Positions 49,169-59,668 are shown, counted from the first letter of the stretch. The stretch is DNA of 64,000 nucleotides from Candidatus Altimarinota bacterium (GCA_965250085.1 OZ252287.1:320001-384000); one strand, 5' to 3'. Program-made: numbers and translations. Notes: generated by a model not told the origin, from the sequence alone.

Positions 49169-50074
49169 ATGTCTTTTCAATTTTACTCAGCAGAAAAGCT
49201 CCTCAAACTTCTTGAAAAATCGAAGCACTCTCGTATTTCGGATATTGTCCTCAAAGCTGAAGAAGAACTCACGAGACATTCTGAAAAAGAAATTTTTGAA
49301 AATATGAGGAGCCGCCTTCATTTTATGAAAGAGTCTATTCAAAACACACTCAAGAACCCAAAAAAATCTTTGAGTGAAATGGTAGGAGGAGAGGCCGAAA
49401 TTATGGCGGGAGCAACCACAGAAGATCTCTTTATGTCAGAAGTAATGCAAAAGGCGAGTGTGTATGCGCTTGCTACTATGGAAACCAATGCCTGCATGGG
49501 GCGAATTATTGCGGCTCCTACCGCTGGCTCTGCCGGTATCCTTCCGGGTGTGCTCTTGGCGATACAAGAGGTTTGGGGTGTAGACGAAGATACCATCATT
49601 AGAGGTCTTCTCACCTCTTCTGGAATAGGAATTGTTATTGCCAGTATTTCCACTTTTTCCGCCGCCGCCGCTGGATGTCAGGCGGAGATCGGTGCCTCCA
49701 CTGCTATGGCCGCCGCTGGCATTTCGGAGATTCGCGGCATGAGTCCAGAGAAGTGCATTAATGCCGCTTCATTGGCACTCAAAAATATGTTGGGGCTCGC
49801 CTGTGATCCCATTGCTGGGCTTGTAGAGGTGCCTTGTATGAAACGAAATGTTATTGGAGTCGCCCATGCCATGACCGCCAGTGATATGAGCTTTGCTGGT
49901 ATTAAGAGTGTGGTTCCCTTTGATCAGGTGGTGAACGCGATGAACAACGTGGCAAAAAATATGAACGAAAACATTCGTGAGACTTCAAGAGGAGGACTGG
50001 CAGTAAGTGAAACCGGACGAGCTATTGCAAAAAAAATTCTGGAACGGAGAAAATCTTCGCGAACAGGCTCCTAA
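49169..50074 (+). CDS. sdaAA: L-serine dehydratase alpha subunit
   Basis: AAPTAGSAG, GCQAEIG, GLACDPIAGLVEVPC.KRN, RETSRGGLA. Confidence 0.94.
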   Translation: MSFQFYSAEKLLKLLEKSKHSRISDIVLKAEEELTRHSEKEIFENMRSRLHFMKESIQNTLKNPKKSLSEMVGGEAEIMAGATTEDLFMSEVMQKASVYALATMETNACMGRIIAAPTAGSAGILPGVLLAIQEVWGVDEDTIIRGLLTSSGIGIVIASISTFSAAAAGCQAEIGASTAMAAAGISEIRGMSPEKCINAASLALKNMLGLACDPIAGLVEVPCMKRNVIGVAHAMTASDMSFAGIKSVVPFDQVVNAMNNVAKNMNENIRETSRGGLAVSETGRAIAKKILERRKSSRTGS

Positions 50075-50172
50075 AAATATTTTCGGCAAAAAGAGAAAGT
50101 GTCTCAACTTGTTTGACAAAAAATAAAAAGCATATAAAATAGACGATGTTTTTTTATTTCCTCCCAATACTT

Positions 50173-50424
50173 ATGAGTGAAACAGTTGATGAACCGAAAG
50201 GAAGAAGCGATGTTGAACAAGGTCAGAGAAATGATGGATCTCACACAATCCCTGAAGGAAAAAGTTTGCACGACGAGTCTTTTCCGTTTCCTTTAACGAG
50301 TCCAATAGCAGCAGTGGCAATAAAGAATGATGATTACCTATCAGTCTTTGCCAGAATTGCTCTGGCACAAAGAGAAGCCCTTCTGAGACAAGAGGAAATA
50401 ATTGCAGACAGACTCCTCCGGTAA
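50173..50424 (+). CDS. orphan protein
   Basis: MSETVDEPKG start after a TTGACA-N16-TAAAAT promoter. Confidence 0.5.
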   Translation: MSETVDEPKGRSDVEQGQRNDGSHTIPEGKSLHDESFPFPLTSPIAAVAIKNDDYLSVFARIALAQREALLRQEEIIADRLLR

Positions 50425-50502
50425 AAGTAGGGTGAGTTTAAATTTGAGAAAATACAAAAAAATATAATAAAATGGACGATAGTTTTTTTATTTTCTCGTA
50501 TC

Positions 50503-51099
50503 ATGAGTAAAACAGTTGATGCTCCAGAGGGTATGATAGTAGAGAATCAAGAATCACTTGTTAAACATGATATAAGCACTACACAGGTTGTTTCTCAATC
50601 CATAAGGCAACATTTTAAAAAAGTAATTTCTCAATGTGATCGAAATGGTCTAGATCTTGTTACCCCTCCAACAGAGAAGCCTCAGAAGTCAGATTTTGAA
50701 AAAAAGTGTCGCAAACTAGATATTCTTTTATTTTCGAGTAGTATTGACACTGGTGATCCTTATTATACCCCTGCTCAATTTGCAGAATTTGCTGGCAGAG
50801 ATACAGAGGAAGTAGAGACTGCTGTGGATGTTCTTCAGGAAAAAATTGATACAGCGCGATCAGAAGTAGATCAGAATCTTGAAGCGTTTTTGGCAAATAT
50901 AGAAAATCCTGAGATGTTTCAGGATTTTTTGAAGAGCTTGGAAAAATTAACAGCACTCCATCTCCAAGACCCTCTACTGGATGGCTTTCGCGCATACCAT
51001 AATCAAGAGGGACGATATGATCGTTCAAATCGTCCTCGTGTTTTTGGTCCACCAGATATATCCCTTTCTACCAGAGGAGCAGGTCCAAAATATCCTTAA
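50503..51099 (+). CDS. orphan protein
   Basis: MSKTVDAPEG start; upstream region resembles that of 50173. Confidence 0.6.
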   Translation: MSKTVDAPEGMIVENQESLVKHDISTTQVVSQSIRQHFKKVISQCDRNGLDLVTPPTEKPQKSDFEKKCRKLDILLFSSSIDTGDPYYTPAQFAEFAGRDTEEVETAVDVLQEKIDTARSEVDQNLEAFLANIENPEMFQDFLKSLEKLTALHLQDPLLDGFRAYHNQEGRYDRSNRPRVFGPPDISLSTRGAGPKYP

Positions 51100-51686
51100 A
51101 ACTGATACGCTTTTTTACACATCTCCAAAAAATATTTATGGAGACAAATATCGGTCGTGAGTTCTGGATGAAAGGCACTGGCGAGCATGTTGTTTTGGCG
51201 AAGAAGAACCGGTGCTTCTTTGTATTTTGTCAAAATTTGAATATCATCTGAGTCCGCTTCCAGTCTTGGTGCACGAATAAAAACTGCTTCTATTGAACAC
51301 TTTTTTTGTTCATTAAATTGAATGTCCACCATATCAATAAAACTCTCCTGTTGCGCTCCATACCAGTTTCGATGAGCCGTAATATCCATAACCTCAAGGG
51401 TTTTTGGATTGTTTTTTCCCTGTATCTTTTTGGCAAGAAGAATAGCCCCCGCACATGTTCCCCACACCGGAAGACCTTCCATTATCTTCTTTTTGAGAGG
51501 ATCAAAAATACCGTACTGCTGTAGTAACTTTGACTGCGTAGTACTTTCTCCTCCCGGAAGAATAATTCCGGAAATATTTTCCAAATCTTCAGCCGATTTT
51601 ACCAACTGAACATCAGCACCAAGACTTTCTAACGCCTTCTGGTGCTCCTCCACTGACCCTTGAATAGCAAGAATACCTATTTTCAT
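51096..51686 (-). CDS. pdxT: PLP synthase glutaminase subunit
   Basis: PGGESTT, GTCAGAI, FIRAP, FHPELT. Confidence 0.95.
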   Translation of the reverse strand: MKIGILAIQGSVEEHQKALESLGADVQLVKSAEDLENISGIILPGGESTTQSKLLQQYGIFDPLKKKIMEGLPVWGTCAGAILLAKKIQGKNNPKTLEVMDITAHRNWYGAQQESFIDMVDIQFNEQKKCSIEAVFIRAPRLEADSDDIQILTKYKEAPVLLRQNNMLASAFHPELTTDICLHKYFLEMCKKAYQF

Positions 51687-51719
51687 TCATAATTCGTAAT
51701 TGTTCATTCGTAATCTATT

Positions 51720-52589
51720 TTACCATCCCCTCTCTGCCATTTTCACCTTCAACTCATCAATTGCCTTTGAGTCCATTGGAGCTCCAAGATCTTCTGAAAC
51801 ACGAGCAAGAATATCTGGTGCATCATAATTCATCGTTGCCTCTACCACTGCTTTTGCCATTTTCTTTGGACTCTCGGATTTGAAGATCCCAGAACCGACA
51901 AATACACCATCACACCCCATTTGCATCATCATAGCGGCATCGGCAGGAGTTGCGATCCCTCCAGCAGCAAAATTGACTACCGGCAGTTTTCCCAATTGTT
52001 TTGTTTGTTTTGCCAAATCATATGACACTCTCATTTGCTCCGCTTGTTTTTTTACAACATCATCCTCCATATTTTTGAGTGCTTCAATTTCTGACAACAT
52101 CTGCTTCCAGTGTCGTACCGCTTCAATGATATTTCCTGTTCCCGCTTCGCCCTTGGTGCGAATCATGACCGCTCCTTCTTCAATACGTCTGAGTGCTTCA
52201 CCCAAATTGGTTGCTCCACAAACAAAAGGAGTCTTGAAGTTTTTTTTGACCACATGCTCTGCGGGATCCGCAGGAGTCAGCACTTCACTTTCATCAATAT
52301 AATCCACTCCGAGTGCTTCTAAGATCTGTGCCTCTACAAAATGCCCGATACGGACCTTTGCCATAACAGGAATAGAGACCGTCCCAATGATTTCCTTAAT
52401 CATTTTGGGATCACTCATACGAGAGACGCCGCCAGAAGCACGAATGTCAGACGGTACTCTTTCCAGTGCCATCACCGCCACAGCTCCCGCCTCTTCTGCA
52501 ATCTTTGCCTGATCTGCGCTGACCACATCCATGATTACTCCGCCCTTGAGCATCTGTGCAAGACCTTTTCCAAGTTTTTCCTGATTCAT
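51720..52589 (-). CDS. pdxS: PLP synthase lyase subunit
   Basis: [42 protein letters not shown]. Confidence 0.97.
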   Translation of the reverse strand: MNQEKLGKGLAQMLKGGVIMDVVSADQAKIAEEAGAVAVMALERVPSDIRASGGVSRMSDPKMIKEIIGTVSIPVMAKVRIGHFVEAQILEALGVDYIDESEVLTPADPAEHVVKKNFKTPFVCGATNLGEALRRIEEGAVMIRTKGEAGTGNIIEAVRHWKQMLSEIEALKNMEDDVVKKQAEQMRVSYDLAKQTKQLGKLPVVNFAAGGIATPADAAMMMQMGCDGVFVGSGIFKSESPKKMAKAVVEATMNYDAPDILARVSEDLGAPMDSKAIDELKVKMAERGW

Positions 52590-52645
52590 TGAAGCTGTAA
52601 AAAATAGGGCAAAAGTATATGAAAAAACAGAAGAGAAATCTAGGC

Positions 52646-53149
52646 TCAGTGGTGTTGAGCAACAAACCTTTCGGCAGAAACATCTTTTTCTACTGCATCT
52701 GCTAAAAAAGTTTTTCCGTTCATACAGACAAAAATTCCTGGAGAAAGTACTGACAACTGAGAAAGTGCATAGCCAAGATTGAAATCAGCGTCAGAATACC
52801 GCTCATTAAGGGGCGTCATAGAACCTGTTAATACGATAGTCTTATCTGTTCCTTTTACATTTTTTTGCAAGTATCGAGCAGTATCTGACATCGTGTATGT
52901 TCCATGGGTGACAAGTATTTTTGAATATTCGTCCTTTTCAATTATTTGAATCATCTTTTGCAAGTCTTTTAAATTAATATCTCTACTGTCTTTCATGCAA
53001 ATTTCAATAAACTCTAATTGCGTATAAAGTTTTAGTTTTTTTGAATAGTTTGGTATTGCAGATTCTGGCAGTGGAATGATATTTCCTGTTTTTTCATCGC
53101 GATGGGAATCAATAGTTCCGCCAGTGAGAAGAACAAGAATATCTTTCAT
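52646..53149 (-). CDS. short asparaginase-domain protein
   Basis: TGGTID, KDSRD, THGTYTM, VLTGSM; N-terminal domain only. Confidence 0.85.
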   Translation of the reverse strand: MKDILVLLTGGTIDSHRDEKTGNIIPLPESAIPNYSKKLKLYTQLEFIEICMKDSRDINLKDLQKMIQIIEKDEYSKILVTHGTYTMSDTARYLQKNVKGTDKTIVLTGSMTPLNERYSDADFNLGYALSQLSVLSPGIFVCMNGKTFLADAVEKDVSAERFVAQHH

Positions 53150-53164
53150 CAATAAATATAAAAG

Positions 53165-53253
53165 TGGTGCCGAGGGCGGGACTTGAACCCGCACGAGATG
53201 TATATCCCAAAGGATTTTAAGTCCTTCGCGTCTACCAATTCCGCCACCTCGGC
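53165..53253 (-). tRNA. tRNA-Leu(TAA)
   Basis: GCCGAGGTGGCGGAATTGGTAGACGCGAAGGACT-TAA-AATCC, long variable arm, CCA end. Confidence 0.95.
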
Positions 53254-53299
53254 AAGAAGACACGTCCAAGTATATATGAATTATTCGAAGTGAAAAGTC

Positions 53300-53434
53300 C
53301 TCCTTCGTCCCGTCTTGCGGGACTACGGCCACAGTATCTTCGGATGAGCCCTTCGATTCATTCCATTCACTCAGGACAGCATTTCGCTATTTCTCGCTTT
53401 CGGCTTGCCAGCCGTAGCTTGAAAGAGCGAAGGC
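53300..53434. repeat. REP-like hairpin cluster between tRNA-Cys and tRNA-Leu
   Basis: CCAGCC-GTAGCT...AGCGAAGGCTGG, CCCTTCGA...CTCAGGAC, GTCCCG..CGGGAC arms. Confidence 0.55.
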
Positions 53435-53508
53435 TGGAGGCGACGGGCGGAGTCGAACCGCCGATAAAGGCTTTGCAGGCCCCTGCCTTACCACTTGGCC
53501 ACGTCGCC
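53435..53508 (-). tRNA. tRNA-Cys(GCA)
   Basis: GGCGACGTGGCCAAGTGGTAAGGCAGGGGCCT-GCA-AAGCC...GTCGCCTCCA. Confidence 0.95.
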
Positions 53509-53586
53509 CCAAAAGGATTTTTTACTGTCCCCCTTCCTTCGACCATGAGCTCAGGACCGAATGGTGAAAAGGGGGATTGAGGGGGT

Positions 53587-54168
53587 TTACTCTTCAAGAT
53601 TGAATGAAGTCACGATCTGCTTGAGAAGATCTTTTTGTGCATTAGAGGCATCTGGAGGAGTTGCACTGCTGACGACATATCCCATGTCCTCCGTTGCGAG
53701 AAAAAGATGTTGCCATTCCAGAGTTGGTTCTTCAAGGGATGATTTTCCAGAAAATCGAATGTATTTGGCGTTGTGATCCCCTATTTTCATATTCGCATTT
53801 TCAATTTCTTCATATTGGACAATAGAATCTTTTGTTTTTTTTGATGCTGCTCCCGTATAGCGCCGAGCAGATGTCCCACTTGGAACGGCTTCACGAGCTA
53901 CAGAAACAGTAGCAAACATATCTCCTGCTCCCCAGGGCTCTACACTGCTAAACAGTAAAATAACACCTGGAGGAAGCTTGTCAGGAGAATCTTCTCTGGT
54001 GAGGATATCCCATTCCACCGGTTTTTCCAGCACGATACCACGAGTGCGTACTTCCTGGACTTCATCAGAAACATCTGTTGTCACTATTGACGTATCACCA
54101 TCACCTGAATGAAAACATCCCGCCAAAACAAAGAGTGCTGAAAAGAGTATGTGTCTAAAGCGTTTCAT
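53587..54168 (-). CDS. lipoprotein (PsbP/DUF1795-like fold possible)
   Basis: Lipobox LAGC after a hydrophobic signal; IVTSFNL end. Confidence 0.65.
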   Translation of the reverse strand: MKRFRHILFSALFVLAGCFHSGDGDTSIVTTDVSDEVQEVRTRGIVLEKPVEWDILTREDSPDKLPPGVILLFSSVEPWGAGDMFATVSVAREAVPSGTSARRYTGAASKKTKDSIVQYEEIENANMKIGDHNAKYIRFSGKSSLEEPTLEWQHLFLATEDMGYVVSSATPPDASNAQKDLLKQIVTSFNLEE

Positions 54169-54250
54169 AATTTCACAAAAAAAAGTAAGAAGATTCTGGC
54201 AAATTTTATGCGAAAGAGCAAGGAAAGGAGATTTTGGCATACAAAAATTT

Positions 54251-54325
54251 AAACCCCCTTCAATTCCCCCTTGTTAAGGGGGAAAGAAAAATATTCCTCC
54301 CTTGAAAAGGGAGGCTAGGTGGGTT
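54251..54325. repeat. CCCCTT-N-AAGGGG palindrome family
   Basis: TCCTCCCTTGAAAAGGGAGGCT(A/G)GGTGG also at 63364-63391; related copies at 60977-61027 and 53566-53588. Confidence 0.7.
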
Positions 54326-54337
54326 TAGATTGGATTA

Positions 54338-54976
54338 TTATAAAAGCTCCAAAAACGACTGCACGACACAATCTGCTCCTTCAAAACGGTGATGCATGTT
54401 GCGATCAATTGCCACTACTGTCATCCCCGCATTTTTTCCTGATTGAATTCCTGTAGGTGAATCCTCAAAAACAAGGCATTTTGAAGGAGGAATATTCACC
54501 ATTTTAGATGCTTCCAGATACAAATCTCCTGCCGGTTTTCCACTGATATCAGGACCATTACAAAGAATATTTTGAAAGTACTGCTCCAGATCAAGCGCAT
54601 TCGTTGTGAGCTCAAGCTCCCACGCATGGCAATTGGTTACCAGTGCTCGCGGAACAGAATCATAATGATTAATAAATTTGAGAGCATCGTCATGAAATGA
54701 AACAGGTCGATCTGTTCTGAGCATTCGCTGTTTATTCTTTTGATAGAAAAGGTCGATAAAATCATCACCCTCATGAGGAAAACTCTCTCGTACAAAATTC
54801 TTGAGTCCATGTCCAGGGGGAATATGAATATCATCTTTCCCAAACTCTTTGGCGGTCTCATGCACACACATCACAAAGTGTTTATCGCTCCCTTCTATGA
54901 AGGTGCCATCAAGATCAAAGAAAAAAGCATCAAAATCTTTGATTTGTACAAGGGTATCACTCACAAATAGTATCAA
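54338..54976 (-). CDS. HAD family phosphatase
   Basis: FDLDGT, GKPAGDLY, VFEDSPTGIQSG. Confidence 0.9.
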   Translation of the reverse strand: MILFVSDTLVQIKDFDAFFFDLDGTFIEGSDKHFVMCVHETAKEFGKDDIHIPPGHGLKNFVRESFPHEGDDFIDLFYQKNKQRMLRTDRPVSFHDDALKFINHYDSVPRALVTNCHAWELELTTNALDLEQYFQNILCNGPDISGKPAGDLYLEASKMVNIPPSKCLVFEDSPTGIQSGKNAGMTVVAIDRNMHHRFEGADCVVQSFLELL

Positions 54977-55051
54977 AATAAACGCCGCGATAGTGTAGCA
55001 TCATGCGGCAACAAAATGTAAAATCTTTTCGCGGATAATAGTTTTTATTGT

Positions 55052-55798
55052 ATGTCTCACAGAGATGATATCGTCTCCTTTGCAGAAAAACTTCTGAAGA
55101 ATTCAGAAGTGGAAGATGCATGGTGTGAAAATGGACTTCAGGTAGAGGGGAAGGAGGACGTCAGGCGCATTGCTCTTGGCGTTTCGTCTTCTGCTTCCTT
55201 TTTAAACGAAGCGGCTAAGTGGAGTGCCGATATGTGCCTGGTTCATCATGGGCTCTTTTGGAAAAAAGGAGCGACAAAAGTGACAGGAATTATGAAAAAG
55301 CGACTGGAAGTGCTTCTCAAAAATAATATTTCTCTGGTAAATTTTCATATCCCACTCGATGCGCACGAAGAGATTGGCAACAATGCTGCGATTATTGAGC
55401 TTCTGGAGCTCCAAAATCCTGAAGTAGTGAGTTGTGGATTTGTAGCAGAACTCAAAAAAGAAATGCTTTTTGCAGAATTTGTAGAGCAGGTCAAGAAGGC
55501 TATTGGACAGGTAAATTTTGCAGAAAATTTTTCTTTAAAACCGGTAAAGAAAGTGGCTGTCATCTCTGGTGGAGCCGCGAGTTTTGCGCCTTCAGTACTC
55601 AAAACCGGAGCTGATACCTTCCTCTTTGGCGAACTTTCAGAACATGACTATCATGACCTCAAAGATATGGAACTGAGTTTCATTGCTGCCGGACACTTTG
55701 CCACCGAACGATACGGAGTCCAGAGGCTGGGAGAACGCATTGCAAAAAAATTCCCTGATGTAGAAGTACAGTTTTTTGATGAAGATTGCCCAGTGTAA
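55052..55798 (+). CDS. Nif3/YbgI-like dinuclear metal protein
   Basis: NGLQVEG, VHHGLFW, HIPLDAH..GNN, AGHFATE. Confidence 0.92.
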   Translation: MSHRDDIVSFAEKLLKNSEVEDAWCENGLQVEGKEDVRRIALGVSSSASFLNEAAKWSADMCLVHHGLFWKKGATKVTGIMKKRLEVLLKNNISLVNFHIPLDAHEEIGNNAAIIELLELQNPEVVSCGFVAELKKEMLFAEFVEQVKKAIGQVNFAENFSLKPVKKVAVISGGAASFAPSVLKTGADTFLFGELSEHDYHDLKDMELSFIAAGHFATERYGVQRLGERIAKKFPDVEVQFFDEDCPV

Positions 55799-55800
55799 AC

Positions 55801-55877
55801 AATTACGAATTACGAATGATCAGTTACAAATTAAGATTTATATGCATTCGTAATTCGTAACTCGTAATTTGTAATTC
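55801..55877. repeat. heptamer (AATTACG) tandem/inverted repeat
   Basis: AATTACGAATTACGAATG...CATTCGTAATTCGTAACTCGTAATTTGTAATT. Confidence 0.8.
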
Positions 55878-55886
55878 AAATAAACT

Positions 55887-56309
55887 ATGTCCCAAAAATC
55901 TTTTTACACCTTCGATCTTCCACAATTCGCAGATGAACGTGGACTCTTAGTACCTGCTGAGCTTGATGACACGTTTCCTTTTGAGGTCAAGCGTGTATAT
56001 TTCCTCAAAGATGTACCACCAGATACCACCCGTGGAGCGCATTGCCACTGTATAGAACAAGAAGTTTTTGTCTGTGTACAGGGGTCATGCCGAGCTCTGA
56101 TCGATGCTGATGGAAATGGGAAGAAGGAGTATGCATTAGATGATCCGACGAAGGCGATCTATGTGGGAACCAAAGTATGGCATGAGTTTGACTCTTTTTC
56201 CCAAGATGCTGTCCTCCTTGCTTTTTCTTCTACGCATTATATGCCGGGAAAGGAAAACTATGAGTCGGAGTATGAACGATTTTTAAGAACGATAAAAGAC
56301 TCCATTTAG
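55887..56309 (+). CDS. FdtA/QdtA (WxcM) sugar 3,4-ketoisomerase cupin
   Basis: DERGLL, FEVKRVY, RGAHCH, WHE. Confidence 0.88.
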   Translation: MSQKSFYTFDLPQFADERGLLVPAELDDTFPFEVKRVYFLKDVPPDTTRGAHCHCIEQEVFVCVQGSCRALIDADGNGKKEYALDDPTKAIYVGTKVWHEFDSFSQDAVLLAFSSTHYMPGKENYESEYERFLRTIKDSI

Positions 56310-57137
56310 CCCTATCGTAATACCACGTTTTTCCGCATCCTTTTCTTGTTGATGATGATATTTTTCCATATCCTGTTTTCTTGAAAAATAATGAGTTGAT
56401 GCCTCTTCAGCTATCCTTGTCAAACTATCATCCGATCCCTCCCGAACTTCAGCAAACAACTCTTTGTCACTTAGAGTCTTAAAAGGATCGATATACTTAA
56501 AGAGACATTCACGTCGTACCAATTCTTCAAATATAGCTGTCTCTTGTTCACCACTAAGCCTTGGATAAGTGAGGTCTTTAAGAGGTCCATCAGGATATAC
56601 ATGTCCATACTCTCCGAACTGAATGCATATCACAATATAGCTCAAAAAATTTTCATCAGCCAAGAGATCTTCAATCGGAGTTTTTAAATTGTACGGGTGC
56701 TCAATCTTCCGAGGTATTTTTTTACTGTAATGCCAAACATTCAGCCTGTGTCGGATCTTTCCCAGAACATCCGTAGGAGTAAAATCGTAAGTATTACGAA
56801 CACCTTCAGGGTCATTAGCAGAGGAGAGCAAATCGCCTGTTTGAATAATAACACCTTCTTCCAAGAGAGCCTCCAGAGCTTCTTTAATTTTCTTAAAATG
56901 TATTTCAATGCCCTCAGAATCTATGTCCAGATCTTTTATCTCGCGCAAAATCGAAATACCCAGAACCTTGTGAGGAGATGGTCTATATGGATCATTTCTA
57001 TCCCTTCTTTTTTTATCGTTTTTTATTCGTAATTTTGCAATAGAAGCGAGTACTAAATCTTTCATAGGTTCGAGATCCCCTCCATTTGAAGAAACTGATT
57101 CTGCGGATTGAGTATGAAGATCTGATCTATCGATCAT
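56283..57137 (-). CDS. orphan protein
   Basis: 284-aa ORF, no motif recognised. Confidence 0.6.
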   Translation of the reverse strand: MIDRSDLHTQSAESVSSNGGDLEPMKDLVLASIAKLRIKNDKKRRDRNDPYRPSPHKVLGISILREIKDLDIDSEGIEIHFKKIKEALEALLEEGVIIQTGDLLSSANDPEGVRNTYDFTPTDVLGKIRHRLNVWHYSKKIPRKIEHPYNLKTPIEDLLADENFLSYIVICIQFGEYGHVYPDGPLKDLTYPRLSGEQETAIFEELVRRECLFKYIDPFKTLSDKELFAEVREGSDDSLTRIAEEASTHYFSRKQDMEKYHHQQEKDAEKRGITIGLNGVFYRS

Positions 57138-57270
57138 ACAATATGATTAATGGTAACTGTATTTTGATGTTTTTTTAATATTTGTCAATATAAACCCTTT
57201 TAAAATATGTATTTTCTGCTTATAATCCCGCAGATCATGAATCAGGAATTTATAATCCATTATTGATTCT

Positions 57271-58203
57271 ATGAGCAAATACCTTTCTCCCAAACTCATC
57301 ATTGCCGAAGCGTGGGAACTCACCAGAGAGCACAAAAAGCAGCTCTTCTGGTATGGATTCATTCCCGCTTTTTTAGGGATGATTGTGGGAACTGTGTACG
57401 TCATTTACCAAATTGTTGCCTTTCGTCATGCGGTTTTACAAGAAAGAGACACCATAGAGTATGGAGAACTCTTTCAAGTGGCGTGGAATTTTCTCACCGC
57501 TGAAGGGACTCCAACGGGCACACTCATTATTCTTGCTATCATTGTATGTCTGGGATATATCACTGTCCCTGTTTTTTGCAAATCATCACTCATATTTTTG
57601 ATTAAAAAAATAAAAACAGGAGAAGATCTGGAAAAAGGAATACAGGTTGGATTTCTCCGATTTATGCCCATGTTTGAGTATGGAGCCCTTAAAAATTTCG
57701 CCTCACCCTTCAGTTTTTTTACTGAATCCTCTTTTGTTTTTCGAAGCTTAGGCCCCGGAATGTTTCGTCTTTTGCTACCAGTCTTTATAATTCTTGCTTT
57801 TTTTGGTCTCATTGCCCTGTTTTTCTTTGCCTATGTAGAACAAATCATAGTCCTCAAAAAAAAGGGAGTCATGGCCAGTATTGCCGATTCGAGCAAACTC
57901 GCCTTTAATTACTTTTCCGAAACCTTACGTCTGTTTCTTCTTATTCTGCTTATCGAACTGAGAGTATTTTTTAACATTGCCATTATTTTGCTCCTTCCTT
58001 TTACCGTATTTGGTATTATGAGCTTTTTTACTGCCATGAGTATTACCAAGGGAATTGGAGTAGCGGTGGCAGGAATTGTTGTCTTCGCCATGATTTCGGT
58101 CGCCTCCGCTATATATGGTACGTTAGAGATCTTCTCTACGGCTATCTGGACACTTGCTTTTGACAAATTTGCCACTCACGAAACAGAAGATACAGAACTA
58201 TAG
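57271..58203 (+). CDS. multi-pass membrane protein
   Basis: About six TM helices; AWELT..K.LFW.G N-terminus. Confidence 0.75.
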   Translation: MSKYLSPKLIIAEAWELTREHKKQLFWYGFIPAFLGMIVGTVYVIYQIVAFRHAVLQERDTIEYGELFQVAWNFLTAEGTPTGTLIILAIIVCLGYITVPVFCKSSLIFLIKKIKTGEDLEKGIQVGFLRFMPMFEYGALKNFASPFSFFTESSFVFRSLGPGMFRLLLPVFIILAFFGLIALFFFAYVEQIIVLKKKGVMASIADSSKLAFNYFSETLRLFLLILLIELRVFFNIAIILLLPFTVFGIMSFFTAMSITKGIGVAVAGIVVFAMISVASAIYGTLEIFSTAIWTLAFDKFATHETEDTEL

Positions 58204-58288
58204 TCAATGTTCAATTACGAATTACAAATGAACAGTGTTGTAATAACTTTCAACTTTATGAACTGTATAAGCTTTTAACTCGCCTCGC

Positions 58289-59668
58289 CTACGGCGCAGG
58301 CTCTATTTGGTGTGAGCGATAAATCTTTCGATACGTAACCGTTCCAGGAGGCCAACAGGTCATCAGAGTTCCAATTTTTTGATCTGTTGGTTGATTGAGT
58401 ACAGAAGTGTCTTCTGGTGGTACAATCCTCTCTTCAAAAATTTTATAGACATACTTTTTTTGATCGTAGTATACCGTGTACGTATCTCCCACCTCCAGTT
58501 TTCCGAGAAGTGCAAATACATCTTTATATTTTCCATTGTCCCAAAAGTAAAACGAGGAGTGACCTGTTAAGAAGAAATTGCCCACCTCTCCTGCCTCCGC
58601 CGTAGCCGGATAATGCACCACTCCATCTTTGAGTGCCAATTGAATCTTACTTTCAAGTCCTTCCCAATCTTCGTTCAGGAGTTCTTCATATCCTATTCCA
58701 GAAACAATAGGAACATTTCTTCCTATTTTTTCGATTATCAAGCGATTATCGAGAGGAGCCACGCTCAAAAAAGATTTGAGTTTTGGAGGAGGATCCTGTC
58801 GTTCTATCCCCGCGACAGGCAGGAGTGCCACTCTGTCGAGTCGAGGTTTTTGCTCCAAAGTTTGTCTCAACTCCTCAGATCGTTCTGCATTTTTTTCTGG
58901 GTGGAGGTAATCATCAAGGAGTATTGAATACGATTCAAAATTGAGCCCTGCGAATACCAGAAGAAAAATTGATGCACTGGTAAGAGCAAATTTAAAAATC
59001 TCTCCTGCGATCGATTTCTTTGAAGAATTTTCTTGTGGGAGATCTTCACTCTTCTTTGGTTTTTTGTGGGGAGAAACAGGTATGTGCATTTCTTGCTCTC
59101 CATTTGTATTTTGCAACTCATTGGAAATTGGCAATTGGAAATTGGCCTGCCCTGTCTTCGACTCTGAGGACTGAGTCCTCAAGCTCAGACTCGAACGAGA
59201 GCTTGCTTGCAGTGAGCTTGTCGAATCTGTCGAATGGGAAATTCCTTTAGATTCTTGCTCTGCATCTATCTCTTGTGATTCATTAGAAACTGTTCTGTTC
59301 CGTTCTTTATCCAGCTTTTTCGACTCATTCGTAGTTCGTAATTCGTAATTCGTAATTCCCTGAATTTCTACTTCTGAAGTGACGGGTTGATCATTCAGAG
59401 ATTCTATCTCTATCTGCTGTGCCTCTTCCTTTGGTGTCATTGGGATATGACCCATATCATACGTTTTTTCCTGATGCTCCAAAGCACTCTTTTCCTCAAA
59501 AACATGAGCCCTTCGAGAAAGTCTCCCTATTTCTGGAGAAACAACTGCTTCATCGCTTGGCAATCGTGTCGAGGCAGAAAGCTCAGTATCGCTGAGCCTG
59601 TTTTCACGAGCCCGAAGACTCAGTTCCATTTCATTGTTCTCCCTGTCTTGCATATCTTGATTTTTCAC
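58289..59668 (-). CDS. sortase with a long disordered N-terminus
   Basis: TM helix, then GVVHY, LTGHSS, TLMTCWPPGT..R (His-Cys-Arg). Confidence 0.85.
   Translation of the reverse strand: MKNQDMQDRENNEMELSLRARENRLSDTELSASTRLPSDEAVVSPEIGRLSRRAHVFEEKSALEHQEKTYDMGHIPMTPKEEAQQIEIESLNDQPVTSEVEIQGITNYELRTTNESKKLDKERNRTVSNESQEIDAEQESKGISHSTDSTSSLQASSRSSLSLRTQSSESKTGQANFQLPISNELQNTNGEQEMHIPVSPHKKPKKSEDLPQENSSKKSIAGEIFKFALTSASIFLLVFAGLNFESYSILLDDYLHPEKNAERSEELRQTLEQKPRLDRVALLPVAGIERQDPPPKLKSFLSVAPLDNRLIIEKIGRNVPIVSGIGYEELLNEDWEGLESKIQLALKDGVVHYPATAEAGEVGNFFLTGHSSFYFWDNGKYKDVFALLGKLEVGDTYTVYYDQKKYVYKIFEERIVPPEDTSVLNQPTDQKIGTLMTCWPPGTVTYRKIYRSHQIEPAP

Noticed and set aside
53150-53597. ORF-track proteins over the tRNA-Leu/Cys region, including the asparaginase N-terminal extension
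   Set aside because: They are translations of tRNA genes and repeats
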